Source of the DNA: Lytechinus pictus
Taxonomy: Eukaryota
NCBI RefSeq assembly: GCF_037042905.1
Contig: NC_087246.1
Span: forward strand, 930,001-994,000
Reading direction: 5' to 3'
Length of the DNA: 64,000 bases
Positions 13,197 through 26,227 of the stretch are shown piece by piece. Under the pieces are notes generated by a model that was given only the letters and a program-made list of their open reading frames with translations, searched no databases and was not told where the DNA came from. The position numbers and the translations under genes were made by a program. Within the stretch, counting starts at the first letter, position 1. Every line of letters starts with the position of its first letter.

Positions 13197-14052
13197 TTTT
13201 TTGTCTTGCCTGAATGAATTTCGCCAGAGACCTATTTTTGTATGAGTCACATTTCCTGTTGGTCGGATAGTATTTTTCTGTTGGTCTGTTAGTCTTACAA
13301 AAATGTAAAAGATTTTGTTCAACTGGCTCTCATTTCTTTATTTTTGCATCAATTAAGTTCATACTTAGTACATATGATCCTTGGTTAATACCACATGTGT
13401 GTCCATGAGGGTCATGGGGTCAAAGGTCACCTAGGAGTCAAAAGGTCAAATGATATGAGGCACTGGCGGATCCAGGGGGGGGGGGGGGCACAGCCGGCCC
13501 GTGCCCCTCCCCTTGTGAGAGGCACAATTAAAATTTGTAATGTAAAAATGCTGTTAAAACAGAAGTGTGCCCCCTCCCCTTTTGAAAGTGAAGACTTTGT
13601 TTTTTGCTTTGTCAATTTTTTTCAAGGACAAATTCCCCCTAATTTTGGGTTAAAACCCTTTTTTTTGCTTGTCGAATTTGTCCTTGGGGAAAATGTGCCC
13701 CCCCTTTCGAAATATGAGGTCATATCTGTTACAGACTTACAGAAATGTTTTTATTCAACTCGCTCTCATTTCTTTATTTCTGCATCAATTATGTTGACAC
13801 TTGGGGTAATACCACATTTGTGTCCATGAAGTGATGGGGCCAAAGGTCACCTGGGGGTCAAAAGGTCAAGTTTTTGTTCAAATTACTCTCATTTCTTTAT
13901 TTCTGCATCAATTGTGTTTTATTTGGTACAAATAATCATTGGGTAATACCACACATGTGTTTATGAGGATGATAAGGTCAAAAGATCATATATTGCATAT
14001 TTTATCAATCGCGATTTCAGGCGAGACTTGGAGTTTGTGAACCAACTTGTTT
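13197..14052 (+). mobile_element. Helentron-type non-autonomous element, family B-like
   Basis: 5' tttttgtcttgcctg and 3' caggcgagac + short hairpin (ttgg...ccaa) + cttgttt. Internal repeats with ggtcaaaggtca. Confidence 0.65.
13461..13711. mobile_element. hAT-like MITE fragment nested in the Helentron-type element
   Basis: Starts CACTGGCGGATCCAGGGG and is flanked by 8-bp ATATGAGG on both sides. Right terminal repeat missing. Confidence 0.6.
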
Positions 14053-14130
14053 CTCAAACTTTGAGAATGGCAACAACATCCCCCATATCATGCCCTTTGT
14101 ATTGAAGGCCATATGTGATCATGGTAAAAC

Positions 14131-14440
14131 CTAGTCCTTTGCCAGGACTGTTCTGCTTTTCAGTTGATCAATAACACAATCCTCTACCTCTACGCCCGAA
14201 ATGAAAACAGCCACACGATTTCCTACCCTCATCACAGAGGGGATAGCGCGATCACTGGGGATGGCGCGCAGGGGAGAATGAAGCAAGGGGAGAGAAATAA
14301 CAAGTACACCGACGTCTAGAATCTAGACTAGTGAGGGGCGTGAAAGAGGGGATAGCACGATCACTGGGGATGGCGCGCAGGGGAGAATGAAGCAAGGGGA
14401 GAAAAATAAAAAGTACACCGACGTCTAGAATCTAGACTAG
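14131..14440. mobile_element. 310-bp element with 7-bp TSD and duplicated right end
   Basis: GTAAAAC|CTAGTC...GACTAG|GTAAAAC. Direct repeat with 109-bp period starting at 14236 and 14345. Confidence 0.6.
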
Positions 14441-15272
14441 GTAAAACCCTCAAAAAGTAATCAGAAATTAATATTCTGTTAAATATCCAAAATATGAAAA
14501 ATAAGGGAATCTCAGTGTTCAAACGATATATAACTCACCACTGTTGTGTTCCTAACCCTCATGACAAAGAAAAGAACTTTGATTACCATCGAATGTTACT
14601 TTTGAGAAACGAGGGATTAAATTTGAAGCACACTTACCCTCACACTATTTGTGCAAGGTGACGATAAGAGGATTAGAACTCATTCAAGTTATCCTTGAAG
14701 GTTAGGGGTCATCAAATTGGCTCCAAATTTGTCACACTAATTAGGCACATCCTTTTCTTGATTATTACAGAAAAGTACAATGAAAGATTTTATGGAGTTT
14801 TAATCTATGGAGTTAAAAATACGGGAAATTCTTTGGGTTTAAGGAAGAAGAACAATTTGCAAAATAATAAACAGACAAAATATGGGTCTAATTAAAAATG
14901 TAAAAACAGTCATTTTGGGTCTGATTAGTACATGAATATAAAGTTTTTATTATAGAAAAAAGAATAATCTTTCAATAAATACCGGTATTGGTAACAAAAA
15001 CTGAAAATTTACCATTTTGACCAAAACAACTTGTGATGTTCTACTGATTATCACAGTGTGTGGGTTTTGCCATGCCTGGTCACATACTAGAAATCAATAA
15101 GCTTCCCTTTTAAGATAAACATAGTGACATCATATAATGATGCAGTACCTGTGAGTAAAGGTCAAAGGCCATTTAAGGTCAATTTACTCTGGTAAAATAT
15201 ATCTAATCATAATTTGCAGGCTATTCACATCTCAGTGTGCCTTGACATATTTACGTCTCTAGATGGTGCTAT

Positions 15273-16047
15273 GGCTGCGTTTAAATGCGACCTCAAGCCA
15301 GAATCATGATTTAACTCATGAATTGAATCATCATTTAAAACTCAAACATGAATCACAATACCACAGAATCAGCGTTTAGACAACCTTCATTTTAACGTTG
15401 TTTCTCCTCGGATTCGGGCCGATCCAGTGCACATCACAGTGCGCAGTTTGACAGAGGAAGGTAAACTTTTTCGCACGTGTTTTGGCTCTCAAAAATTCAA
15501 TCTTTTGCTTCCAGAATTGAGTCTATTATATCTCATTTTGTTTACTTCTATTCATGGTGTCGGTTTATCAAAAATGGTGTTCAGAAGTGCATTTTCAGCG
15601 AAGATCCAATTAAATATTGACACCATTAACTCAACAAAAATTGAGGTCATTGTCTGTCCAGTTCATTACTTCATAAGCTTGAATTTGAAGACATGACAAA
15701 AATAACAAAAAGCAGTGGATGCGATGACCAACACAGAACTTGAAGTTAAATGCACGTGACAAGAAATGCATGTATAGCACATTATGTACATACACTGAGT
15801 ATAGTGCACGCCTTGAGCTTGGCAAGAGTCAAACAGAAAGTAGCCCGACACAGTGACGTCATAGAATCATGATTCGATTCACGATTTTTTGTTTGTGATT
15901 CTACAGAAAAGTCTTTCCAAACGCCCCTTTTTCCGTGTTTCATGTTAGTAATTTGAAAGATGTTTATTTTCATAAACGCAATTGTGATTCTGCAGAATCA
16001 TGTTTGAATCATGGTTCAAATCATGATTCTAGGGTAAAAAAGTGGCG
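15273..16047 (+). mobile_element. ~800-bp MITE (GGCTGCGTTTA family, Harbinger-like), right end clipped
   Basis: Reverse-complement homolog of 54776-55597. Subterminal aatcatgatt repeats. Confidence 0.8.
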
Positions 16048-16142
16048 CAAAATCAGTTGACATGAGTCATACATGTAGATCGCAAAGTCAAGGTCAAATG
16101 TCATTGGTTGATTAATTGTGATTTCATTTGTAGATTAGTATA

Positions 16143-18041
16143 TAGCCCGTTTCACAGTCAGGCGCCACTTTTCATCAACCTAGGGTGTCAAATTTCAAGT
16201 TCAATGTACAGTGGTGATAATTATGTTTTTTATTCCTATGAGTAAGAATTTTATGAAAAAATAATACCAAGGCTTAATTTATTCTACAAAGCTGAAACAT
16301 ATAATGGCTTTTAAAAAATTTCTTTTGATTTTCAATGAAAACACCATACCATTTCAATAGAAGTAGCTGGATTGCCCTTTCGAATGCAAGCACTTTGAAT
16401 TGTTTCAATGATTAGGTAGTGTTCAAGCTCTCAATGTTCCAAATTTTGAGATTTTATCTCTATTTTTGGCTAAAATGTGCCACTCTGAAGGAAAATTATG
16501 GGTCAAAATAGAGTACATGACATAAAAAAGTTTCTCCCATTTGGCAATTCCCTCTTTAGAATGTATGATATTTCATTAACGCAATGTTTGTTTCCAGTGA
16601 TATACCCATACATAATGCCCACTTTGCTCATGCCTTTCTTTCAAGTTTTATTTTCAAAAGCTTGGTGGTGCGGATGTGACAAAAACAGATGTGAACGGAC
16701 ATTTTGATTGAGAATTATTTATCAAGTCCAAAACAATATCAAAATTAAATAAACCATAAGCACAAACGATATCACCACTCACAAAAACTAATTTTCTTCC
16801 CCAAAACACTTTAATTTCCACTGCCAGTAAAGTCAATGGTGCGGATGTGACAAAATAGGTGTGAACGGACAAGCAATTTCATTAAATTGGTGTGCTCTCA
16901 CACAGAAGCTGATGATTATGTCAGGTAATATTACCAAACCATAAACCCACTTCAGTTGTAAGAGCACAATTATAATATACACCAGACCCTTAAATGTGAA
17001 CGGACAATGTCACATCTGCACGACAAATTTGGCTTTGAAAAAAATGTACTAAAGAATAATCAGATTTTTTTCAAAGTCTTATGATTTATTTCCACTACCC
17101 ATTATGTAAGAACTGCTATATTCATTTGGCCAATATCTAGATTAGTTAAGATATGGCAAAGTTGAGAAGAAAGCCATGTTTGCTAGGTTGACATCAGCTA
17201 GGTCCAGTTTGGACACATCTTGCACTACTGTGCACACACAATCTAGAGTTGGACTTATACCCCTTTCATAGTGCCCTCTTCATTTTTCACCGGCGAACTT
17301 CGCCGGCGAACTTCTCCGCCTCGCATTCCTCACTTCCCCGGCGAAGAAAAAAATGTACCCTTTCGCACTGACATTTCTTCCCCGGCGAAAGTCAACGGGC
17401 GATTGCAGAACAAACGAAAGAAAATTGTAAACATTACTTCTGACTTACCTATTACAAAAAGGTATCAAAAAAATTAATTACAACATATTTTGGAAGTATT
17501 ACGATAAAAACAAACAATATCACCTTGTTTTTATATCTTAGCGCATTTTATACATGTAAAAAGTGCTTTTTAATAAATATTGTTAGTAAAAAAAAAAAAA
17601 ATGTTCGAGGGTATCTACTTGGCCATAGCATTCAGCTGAGCTTGCAACTATCGCGCGCGGAATCTCGGTGCAGGGGACTTTGGGAGAGAAAAAAATTGAC
17701 CTCTGACGTCATTAAAGAGGAGAAGTTCTCCTGTTTGCTTTCATACTGGCCTTTTCACCGGCGAACTTCACCGGTGAAACAGTTTCGCCGGCGAAGTTCT
17801 CCACCTCTGGAGGTGGAGAAGTTCTCCTGTGTACCTTTCATACTGGACACTTTCCCCTTCGCTGGCGAACTTCGCCGGTGAAAGGCGCAATATGAAAGGG
17901 GTATTAATATGCTATGGGAGGTAGACCCTATATGGGTCTATCATGTGCATACCAACACATTTAATCTAGCTTCAGATATTTTGTGCAGTGGACCAAAATT
18001 TGAAAAAATTGAAAAGCGGCGCCTAACCATGAAACGGGCCA
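16143..18041. mobile_element. ~1.9-kb non-autonomous DNA transposon carrying a nested MITE
   Basis: ~30-bp TIR gcccgtttcacagtcaggcgccacttttc / gaaaagcggcgcctaaccatgaaacgggc, TA flanks. Internal repeats gtgaacggaca and ggtgcggatgtgaca. Confidence 0.7.
17258..17903. mobile_element. 646-bp PIF/Harbinger-type MITE
   Basis: TIR TACCCCTTTCATA, 3-bp TSD TTA, subterminal ccggcgaactt repeats. Confidence 0.85.
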
Positions 18042-19405
18042 TACCCTTTATGTTATGTTATTAATCATGTTAAGTATTCCAGGGCCCCGTTCACAAGCCT
18101 TGCTTTTAAAGGGGTCCTAAAACCAATGTCTTTGCTATAATCTAATTGATACATGTTTCTGTCCTCTGTTGAATTGTATGTATATTTATTGTGATTGTAA
18201 TGTAAACTTGAACTTGATTTGTAAAGTTACTAAATTGAAATTGCTGACCCCAATTTTCGATATTTTTCATTTCCACACTCCACAAATTGTTTGCAGACTG
18301 GTACATGTGTATCAAAGAGTAGCTGATATAAAAAAAATTATGTGAAACCACTTTCTGTTAATGAAATTATGTCAAAGGTCATTCAGGTTTTGAAAAATTT
18401 GCTGAGCTTGTAAATTCATGAAACTTTCATATACATACTTATGACAAAAATGTAGAAATATGCAGTGGTGATTAGAGGGTGTATTAGAATATTATTGTTC
18501 TTTGGACACCCAAAGTGGCATATTGCATACATTACATGTAATTGTGACATGTAATTGTACATGTAATTGTGACAATGGAATGGAGGCAATTTTTGTTCCT
18601 CAATGCTTTGAGCAGTACATGTACATGTATGTTAATCTATCACTATTTGAAATTCTCTTGTTGCTGCATGAGCGTGGTTTGCCAATCTTTTTTGCTTTCC
18701 CTTCCATTTGAATTCAATTGATTATGTCAAGAAAATGTGAAACTGTTGATGGTGTATTGTTTCTCACTTTCCATTTTACATTGTCAGGAAGTTTTGTTAT
18801 CAGTCATTAGTGATAAAGTTCAAATCTTTGTAGTCCTTTAAAAGATTCAAGGAGCCATAGGAAAAACATTAGAATGGGTCAAAGGAAGGAACTGGATCCA
18901 ACTTGACTCAACTTTTATCATTAAGGCTGCTGTACAAAGCCAGAGCTTTCAAATTGTTTCACCGTATCTAATCTGTGAATGTCATTCCTTGGAAGCTACA
19001 TGTAATTACCCAGAATCCCACAAGCTTTTGTACATGGAATCCATAAATTTGTCAATCTTATGCCAGGCTAATGTATATCTTTACAAATTCTCAGTCTATC
19101 AATTAAACACAGTAATTGAGATTGGAAGCCAGTATATATTTTTTCATCTTTAAGGCTTTATCAAAGTTCAGGGAATTAGTCCATAACTATATAACCAATT
19201 TCTCTAGTTTCCCTCCTGACTATCACATGTAAAGAAACATGATTTCCATTGAGATAAGTCAACTCAGAGAAGGAATCAAGCTCTAGTTAGCATTCATGAA
19301 GCATCTGATTAGTGACTTTCAGTAACAAATTTACCATGAGCCAATCACATGCAAGGATTTCAGTAGCTTATAACAGTTGTTGAGGAAAATCACTTTGGAC
19401 TATTT

Positions 19406-19882
19406 AGGTGGTTTCAAACCGCCTCGATCATAAGAATCCCCGTTAAATTACAAGAACTTTTTAAGTCTAAAAAATACCCATTAATTATTCCTGCATTCAC
19501 ACCGCCCTGAAACGTATCCTTTGGGATAAGTTCCTGAAAGTACGAGCATGCGCAGTATGGTCTGATAAGCTAGCGAGGCGCGAGATTCAAAATCACTAGC
19601 TCAGCAGCCACCCAAGGCGCCCGCGCCAAAGTACACGCTGGGCTAAAAGTTCCCGTAAATTGCTTTCACATTGCCAAAATACCTGCGACCTTGGAAAAGT
19701 CCCCGCGAAAGTTCTCGTAATTTTGACAAGTACCTACTAATTAGTGGGTATTTTCTTTCGGGGAGATTACGCATAATTTGCTTTCACATTGCCAATATTA
19801 CCTGGTATTTTCTGATCGGGGTAAATTTCCCAATCAGAAAATACCTGGAACTGACGAACTTCGAGGCGGTCTGAAACCACCT
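19406..19882 (+). mobile_element. ~475-bp MITE (AGGTGGTTTCA family) copy 1
   Basis: TIR aggtggtttcaaaccgcctcg / cgaggcggtctgaaaccacct. Second copy at 49263. Confidence 0.85.
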
Positions 19883-20023
19883 TTTGTTTCTTGAAATGCT
19901 CCCCAGAATTCTAGAGGATATACAGAACAGGTGCTGTGTCAGGTCCATTGACATACTGGATAAAATAATAATCCTGTTATGAGAAGCTGACATGATTTGA
20001 AGTGTAGTGGGACTACAAGTTAA

Positions 20024-20520
20024 TGTGGAAGTTCACCCTGAATATAAGTTGGTTTTTAATAAAAACAGAAAAAATAGAGAAAAATATTGGTGAAGGTTTG
20101 ATGAAAATCGATCAAAGAATATGAGAGATATTGATTCTTATTGTGTCATATAAGCGAGCAGCTCTCCCATAGGATACATGTATATATCATGTAATATAAA
20201 TTTCAATTGTTGATTAAACATGATGAATATTTCTTCTTGTAGAAGGTGTATGGAATGATGTGTGTGATTATATATCCCCTGCACAAATAAGATATCTTTC
20301 AGTTTTTTTAGAAAGTTGCATTTAAAAAAAACTATATCACAGGACATACATGTATGGAGGAGCTGGTCGTTTGTGATGTCATGAAATAAAAAATGAAAAC
20401 AAAAAATCACAACTCTGTTATTATTTGATGGATTTATCAAATCTTCACCAACATTTCTCTCAATGATAGGCTTTAAAATCCACTCCAAAATTATGAAAAT
20501 TTGCAATAAAATTTCTCCTG
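20024..20520. mobile_element. Degenerate TTAA-type MITE
   Basis: TTAA followed by gaagttcaccc. Internal inverted blocks ttggtgaaggtttgat / atcaaatcttcaccaa and gagcagctctcc / ggaggagctggtc. Confidence 0.5.
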
Positions 20521-21337
20521 AAGTACTGTTTGAGGTGATTGTAATTGTACTGTATGCTGATGGAGTTGATTTTTATACTCAAATCATTTGTTTGGTCTTT
20601 AATAGTTCATCCAACTATTCAACAAAAGGAAAAGATTGAACTTGACATTGTCCCTGCAAAAATGATGTAAATTGGTCATTTTCAGGGTGAAAAAAACTTG
20701 AAATCTTTTTATTTGAAACACAGCTCATTGAAACCAAAATACATGATATGTATTGAGAGATAAAAGCAGTGCATTGTTGTTGTTATGAAACCAAACCATC
20801 CTCAGTTTAATCACCCTGTCATGGCCATTTCGCTTAGGTATTGCCCTATATCTAGTCAAAACATGTGCACTCAGAGTGAAAAAAAAATGTAAGACTCATA
20901 TTCAGCTTTTATTATTAAATTAAAATATTAAAAAAAACTTAAAAAGTGTACTTTATACTTTGACTATGGAGGTAGTCTATGAACTGTGAACAGCTGTATT
21001 GATTGATTGATTGACAACGAATTTATTCATTCCAAAATTTCAACAAAGTTACAAAGTAAATTGATTAATGTTGTGATGTATTGATGTATTGATTAATCTT
21101 GTGAAATTATCCCAAGAAGATCCCTGATAATGATATTCAGCTTGAATGGTTTGTACCTATTTCTGAGTTACAATAACATGTAATTCATATAATTGTGATA
21201 ATATAAGGTGATTTGCTGTGTATCTCTTACAGACCGTAAAAAAATTCTTAATCCTTGGAAATAGGTTGGGCAAAGGGGGGGGGGGGAGGGGGGGATCTTA
21301 GCCCCACCAATTTTCTGGGGTTAAGCTTTCACTTCGT

Positions 21338-21454
21338 TTTCAGACTACATTTTTACCAAAGTGGGCTTGCATGGTATTAGTAACTGTACTATTCGGCCCT
21401 GGCTTATTGCGGTGCTAGCTGGGTAATTGTCTTGCTAAAAGCTGTAGTCTGAAA
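21338..21454. repeat. Short inverted repeat, probable MITE remnant
   Basis: tttcagactaca / tgtagtctgaaa with ~95-bp spacer. Confidence 0.4.
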
Positions 21455-22551
21455 CCAAACCGGGCTAAGCAAAAACAGGACTAAGCATTAGCCAATCACA
21501 GAAGTCGAAAGTTCATGTTAAGTTAACTGTGTGAAAAAAACCATCAATATGTATTGTGATAGTCCAGGGTTAAGGTGTTAAATCTGCATGGCTTAGCAAA
21601 TATTGTGGTGTCAACAAAGACAGCATGAAAACAATAACATACTACCGGGATAAGTATAATCAGGGTTAAGGAAAGTCTGGGGATAAGAATTTGTAGAAGC
21701 ATAATACTCTGCAGATCTGTCAAAGCCCATCTAAAGCTAATGTGAACCGTAATCCAGTGTCAGCTCACATTTCATTATCACATTGGTCATTGGGTGCATT
21801 TTCAGTTGTTAGAATTCGGCACCTAGCGCCCTCTGTTGGTAATGTTTTGTAAAAATCTTCCTTTGTGCACTTAGGAGTCGGATATGAGAAAGCTACAGAA
21901 TTTGCATTATAATACATGTATATTCTGAAATTTGTAGCGCATTTCATGTTTGAGAAGGGGTTCTATGTTAGCAAGACAAGAATATACTGATCGGGCACCC
22001 TACCAAAATGAATGTTAATGAAAAGTCTTTAAATTTATTCAATTGTTTTTGATAAATGTCCTTCACGACAAGTCATAACCATTACAGGGCACACACATTT
22101 TTATTGGAATAGTGGGATGCACTTAAAAAAAAAGGGGGGGGGGGATGATACTAAACTAATATAAGCCCAAGTATAAAAAGAAAATAGATATGGGCTTATA
22201 CTTGTACTGGACGATGCACTGGCTTGCATAATTAGCTACATGAACGACACAACGATGTCCACTTGTTATTGGTAATATCTTGAATATTTACATAAACCTC
22301 TAATTTGCATTTATTTTCAATTTAAAAACAAAGCACAGCACAGGCATGGGATAGAAATGCAATACTGTAACATTCTGGTTGAAATATTTTACATTTTGTA
22401 ATTAAACTTATTTTCATATTCACAAGTTGTTGTATTTTGATTAAATCTGCTAAAGTGATTTTACCCTGTGGAGATGACGATTCTACTCTGTAAGACAAGC
22501 AATATTAATGAAAAATAAAACCACTGGAAAAATATCTATATAGCCTATTAA

Positions 22552-23122
22552 AGGGATGGTCCGGGCTGAAAGTATTTATAGCTTAATAAATAGAGTAGAA
22601 CTCACTGAGCAAAATGCCGAAAATTTCATCAAAATCGGATAACAAATAACAAAGTTATTGAATTTTAAAGTTTAGCAATATTTTGTGAAAACAGTCGTCA
22701 TGAATATTCATTCGGTGGGCTGATGATGTCACATCCCCACTTGTTCTTTTGTATTTTATTATATGAAATTAGGTTTATTCAATTTTTTTCCTCCAAGAAC
22801 TAGAAAAATTGGATTGACAACTGATTCAGTGCATTAGATATTTATTGCTGCAACTTATTTCATTATAAGGAAGACATTACTCACACAAGTATGAAATAAT
22901 GAAAAAAAATATGATTTTATGTAATAACATAAGAAAACGGATAGTGGGGATGTGACATCATCAGCCCATCTAATGAATATTCATGATGACTGTTTTCACA
23001 AAATATTGTTAAAGTTTAAACTTCAATAACTTAATTATTTGTTATCCGATTTTATGAAATTTTGCTCAGTGAATTCTACTCTATGTATTAAGATATAAAT
23101 ATTTTCAGCCCGGACCATCCCT
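22552..23122. mobile_element. Palindromic Kolobok/T2-like MITE
   Basis: TTAA|AGGGATGGTCCGGGCTGAAA ... TTTCAGCCCGGACCATCCCT|TTAA with long inverted arms. Confidence 0.9.
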
Positions 23123-23874
23123 TTAATACTGAAAGTTTTCATGTGATAGTGAATTACATGTTTTCCCTTTTCAAAATTAGATTGATATGTTTTGGTAAGC
23201 TTGTTGCGCTTCTCATTACCTCTGTTATGTTGCTTACATATTACTTTGAGGTTAATTATTAATGGTGGCAACATGTATACATGTATGGCCTATTATAAGG
23301 GGACTGTTGTTAGTATTATCAGTCAATAGTGATGCAAGCTTGCATAAAAGTTTACCTTTTCAGTTTCAATAACCCAGGAAATTGGGCCAAAATATTACAA
23401 TGAAACGATAATCACTCTGCCTTGTCACACTTCCTTAGAGGTCATAAAATGACCATAAAGATGTTTGATTCTTTTATATTGTTGATCCTGATATTAAACA
23501 AGTGATACAGAGTAACCTACATGTAAAGCCTAGTATACAGTATATGTACATGTAGCTTTCATCCAGGGGCAGGTTGTATTAAAAATCCATGCACAAGTGT
23601 TACACAAGACTGTTGTGCACACATGACGACTGTCTTGTAATAATCCAATACATATAAGGAATTTTGACTGTAAAAATAATGATTGCATTTAAGAAATCTT
23701 ACGCAGTTTTGATAAAATATACCATAGAGCTTGCAGATATTAGATGATTTGTCAATATTTGAAATGCAAATCCTTGTACATTTAAATATTTCTGAATTTC
23801 AATTTGTGCAAAGTAAACTTGGTATTTACATGATTAATTCCCATTTTGTTATATTTCTGTAAATTCTGTTGCAG

Positions 23875-24072
23875 TCAATGGTAAACTCTTGTGCCTTTGA
23901 ATTAGTTCCTGTAGTCGTATGATATATCCATAGAGATCTGTATCTCCATGTTATATTACTTCTTTGTAAACCATGAAGAAGTAGTGTAGCTGCGGGAATG
24001 GGAATGCATGCAAGCAAAGGGACTGAAGTAGACTGCCCCCCTCCCTTGATTGCACCTGGCTCACTTTTCCAG
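23875..24072 (+). other. Candidate internal 5'UTR exon
   Basis: Acceptor ttctgttgcag ends at 23874 and donor CAG|GTAAGC has its GT at 24073. Non-repetitive sequence with only short uORFs. Confidence 0.3.
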
Positions 24073-24492
24073 GTAAGCTAGTGTTACACTACTTGTTCAT
24101 AGCAGACTGTAAGATTCAGTGAAGATGTTACTGTATGACTCGTTTTATGCTGCCATGCATACGTTTAGCAGTAGCCATCTCATCCTGAAACGTACACAGT
24201 AGTATGCAAAAACAGGAAGAGTCCCGTTATGAAGACAGCTTGCTTATCGCCCTCTGAGATCAGTCCTATGCTAGTCATGAATCCATATGAAATAGTCCTG
24301 TTTGTTTAGATTCTGGAAATCTGTCATAATAGGCTTTCATTATAGATACCAGACCTACGCCATTACCTTGGGCAAATTCCAGGATCTGCCTAGCCTAGCA
24401 TCCAGGCTCACACTCTGTTAGCATGCTGCTTTATGCAGAGTTTACAAGTACAGACTCGAATAGGCATATCTAGGTGAAACAGCTCTTTGGCA

Positions 24493-25147
24493 ATAGAGAG
24501 TTTTAGGATCAGTGAACGAGAACAACGTAGCAGTCTTCTGATCGTTCGAGTCAACGTCGTCGTCTGCCCTTGTTCACTACAGATGCAAATACTTTAGATT
24601 TCACTCGACTTGTACGTGTACATATGTACACGTGAAACAGCGCGATAACCAGCGGGTCATGTCACGCTGCCCGACCCGGAAGATCTGGCGTACCATCGCC
24701 TGGCGACCCGGTCGGGTGATGCGAAGGTGCAACTTGTGCACACGTGCCCTTTCACTTGCTTTGATTCCTTTTTACGCGAGTAAGAATATATATCGATATA
24801 TATTTTGGAGGTCAGAAAGCAATTCCAAATATGATGAACATAATCGCTAGAGGGTATTCATTTGTCTCGCAATCTACTATGGTACAACTTACATTAATTT
24901 TGTGAAAGTCACTGAAAACTGTTTTTTAAAAGGGAAGGTTGATTTTCATGCTGGGCTTGAACGTTTAAAATGACGTCACTCACGTACACGTCCACTATGA
25001 TTTAGGAGAACCTCAAAATGGATGTGGCGAGGTTCTCGATTCTTATAGTGGACTTGTGTGAGGACCTGAAGCATATGGCAGGCCAAAAAATGACGTCATC
25101 TCGTACCAGTCCTCTATGTCGACGTACATTTCTAAAAGTGCTCAATG
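24493..25147. mobile_element. Possible CpG-rich non-autonomous DNA transposon
   Basis: Sharp rise in CpG and weak inverted ends atagagagttttag / ctaaaagtgctcaat. Confidence 0.35.
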
Positions 25148-25229
25148 TCTTTAAAGAGCACCATAGAACTATTGGCAGTTTCTTTCTTTATTCACTCATT
25201 AGATTATTTCTTGCAAGGTACATGTAGCC

Positions 25230-26065
25230 GGTTTATTTCCAATTCGTCTAATGCCAATTCGTCCAACTTGTCTACTAGCATTTCGTATACCATCAGTCCG
25301 TCCACTATCCACATGGCCTCAGTGCCAATTCGTCCACTCACCATTTCATCCAATAACCAGTTGGTCCAATAGCCATTTAGTCCATATACCATTTGGTCTA
25401 ATTGGGCTAAGTATTAATTGTGCAAAGTGAATGAAAATAAAATAGATATTAGACCAACTGGTTATGAGACGAAATGGTCATAGACGACATAGACACCATT
25501 CTCATTACACTTTCTAAAATCTAGTTTATTGAAAACTGGATCAGGAAACCAGTTTGGAAGATCGCTTTGCTAGCGTTCCCATTTGATCACATGAAAGTGG
25601 TTTTCAAAATCACTTCACGTTGTTGATATGGAAACGCTCTCAGTGGGGTGACATGTTTCACGCGAAATTCTAAACCGCAGCGTAGGCATTTTACACCTGT
25701 CGTGTGGAGTAGCTCGCTCAAAATGTGCGAAGATCGCTTCCTGAAGAACAGTGTCCTCACGCTAAAACCAGTTTAATGAGGCAAAGCGATCTTCAAAACT
25801 ACATCGTGAGGTGGTTTTATGAACCGGTTTAGAAGATCACTTCGACTGTTCTCATTACACATTAAACTAGTTCTCACTAAACTAGTTTCCAGTAATCTAG
25901 TTTTAGGAAAGTTAGTGAGAACAGTGTCGTAGTGATTAGACGATGTGATGTTGGGACCAAATGGTTGTTACACGAAATGTTGATAGACAGAATGGCATTA
26001 GACTAAATGAAAGTAGACCATGCGGTAAGTGGACGAGATGGCAGTAGACAAGTTGGCAATTTACC
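25230..26065. mobile_element. Mutator-like MITE with 9-bp TSD
   Basis: TSD CATGTAGCC at 25221-25229 and 26066-26074. Imperfect TIR ggtttatttccaat / gttggcaatttacc. Short subterminal repeats (tcgtc / tagac). Confidence 0.8.
25492..25928. mobile_element. MITE nested in the Mutator-like element
   Basis: TIR gacaccattctcattacactttctaaaa / ttttaggaaagttagtgagaacagtgtc. Confidence 0.7.
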
Positions 26066-26227
26066 CATGTAGCCCCCCCCCCCCCCCCATACAAGAAAGT
26101 TTCATCAAGGCACGTACCCTTTACCTGCAGATACACACAATTTGACTACAACTGGTTGGAAACAGAATCGTGAGTTTCATGTATTAGTTTGAGCCTAGTA
26201 TCATAGCTCATGCAGTCACGCTCCACA

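Noticed and set aside
13395..13829. 144-aa ORF
   Set aside because: Spans nested repeats and a poly-G run, with no protein features.
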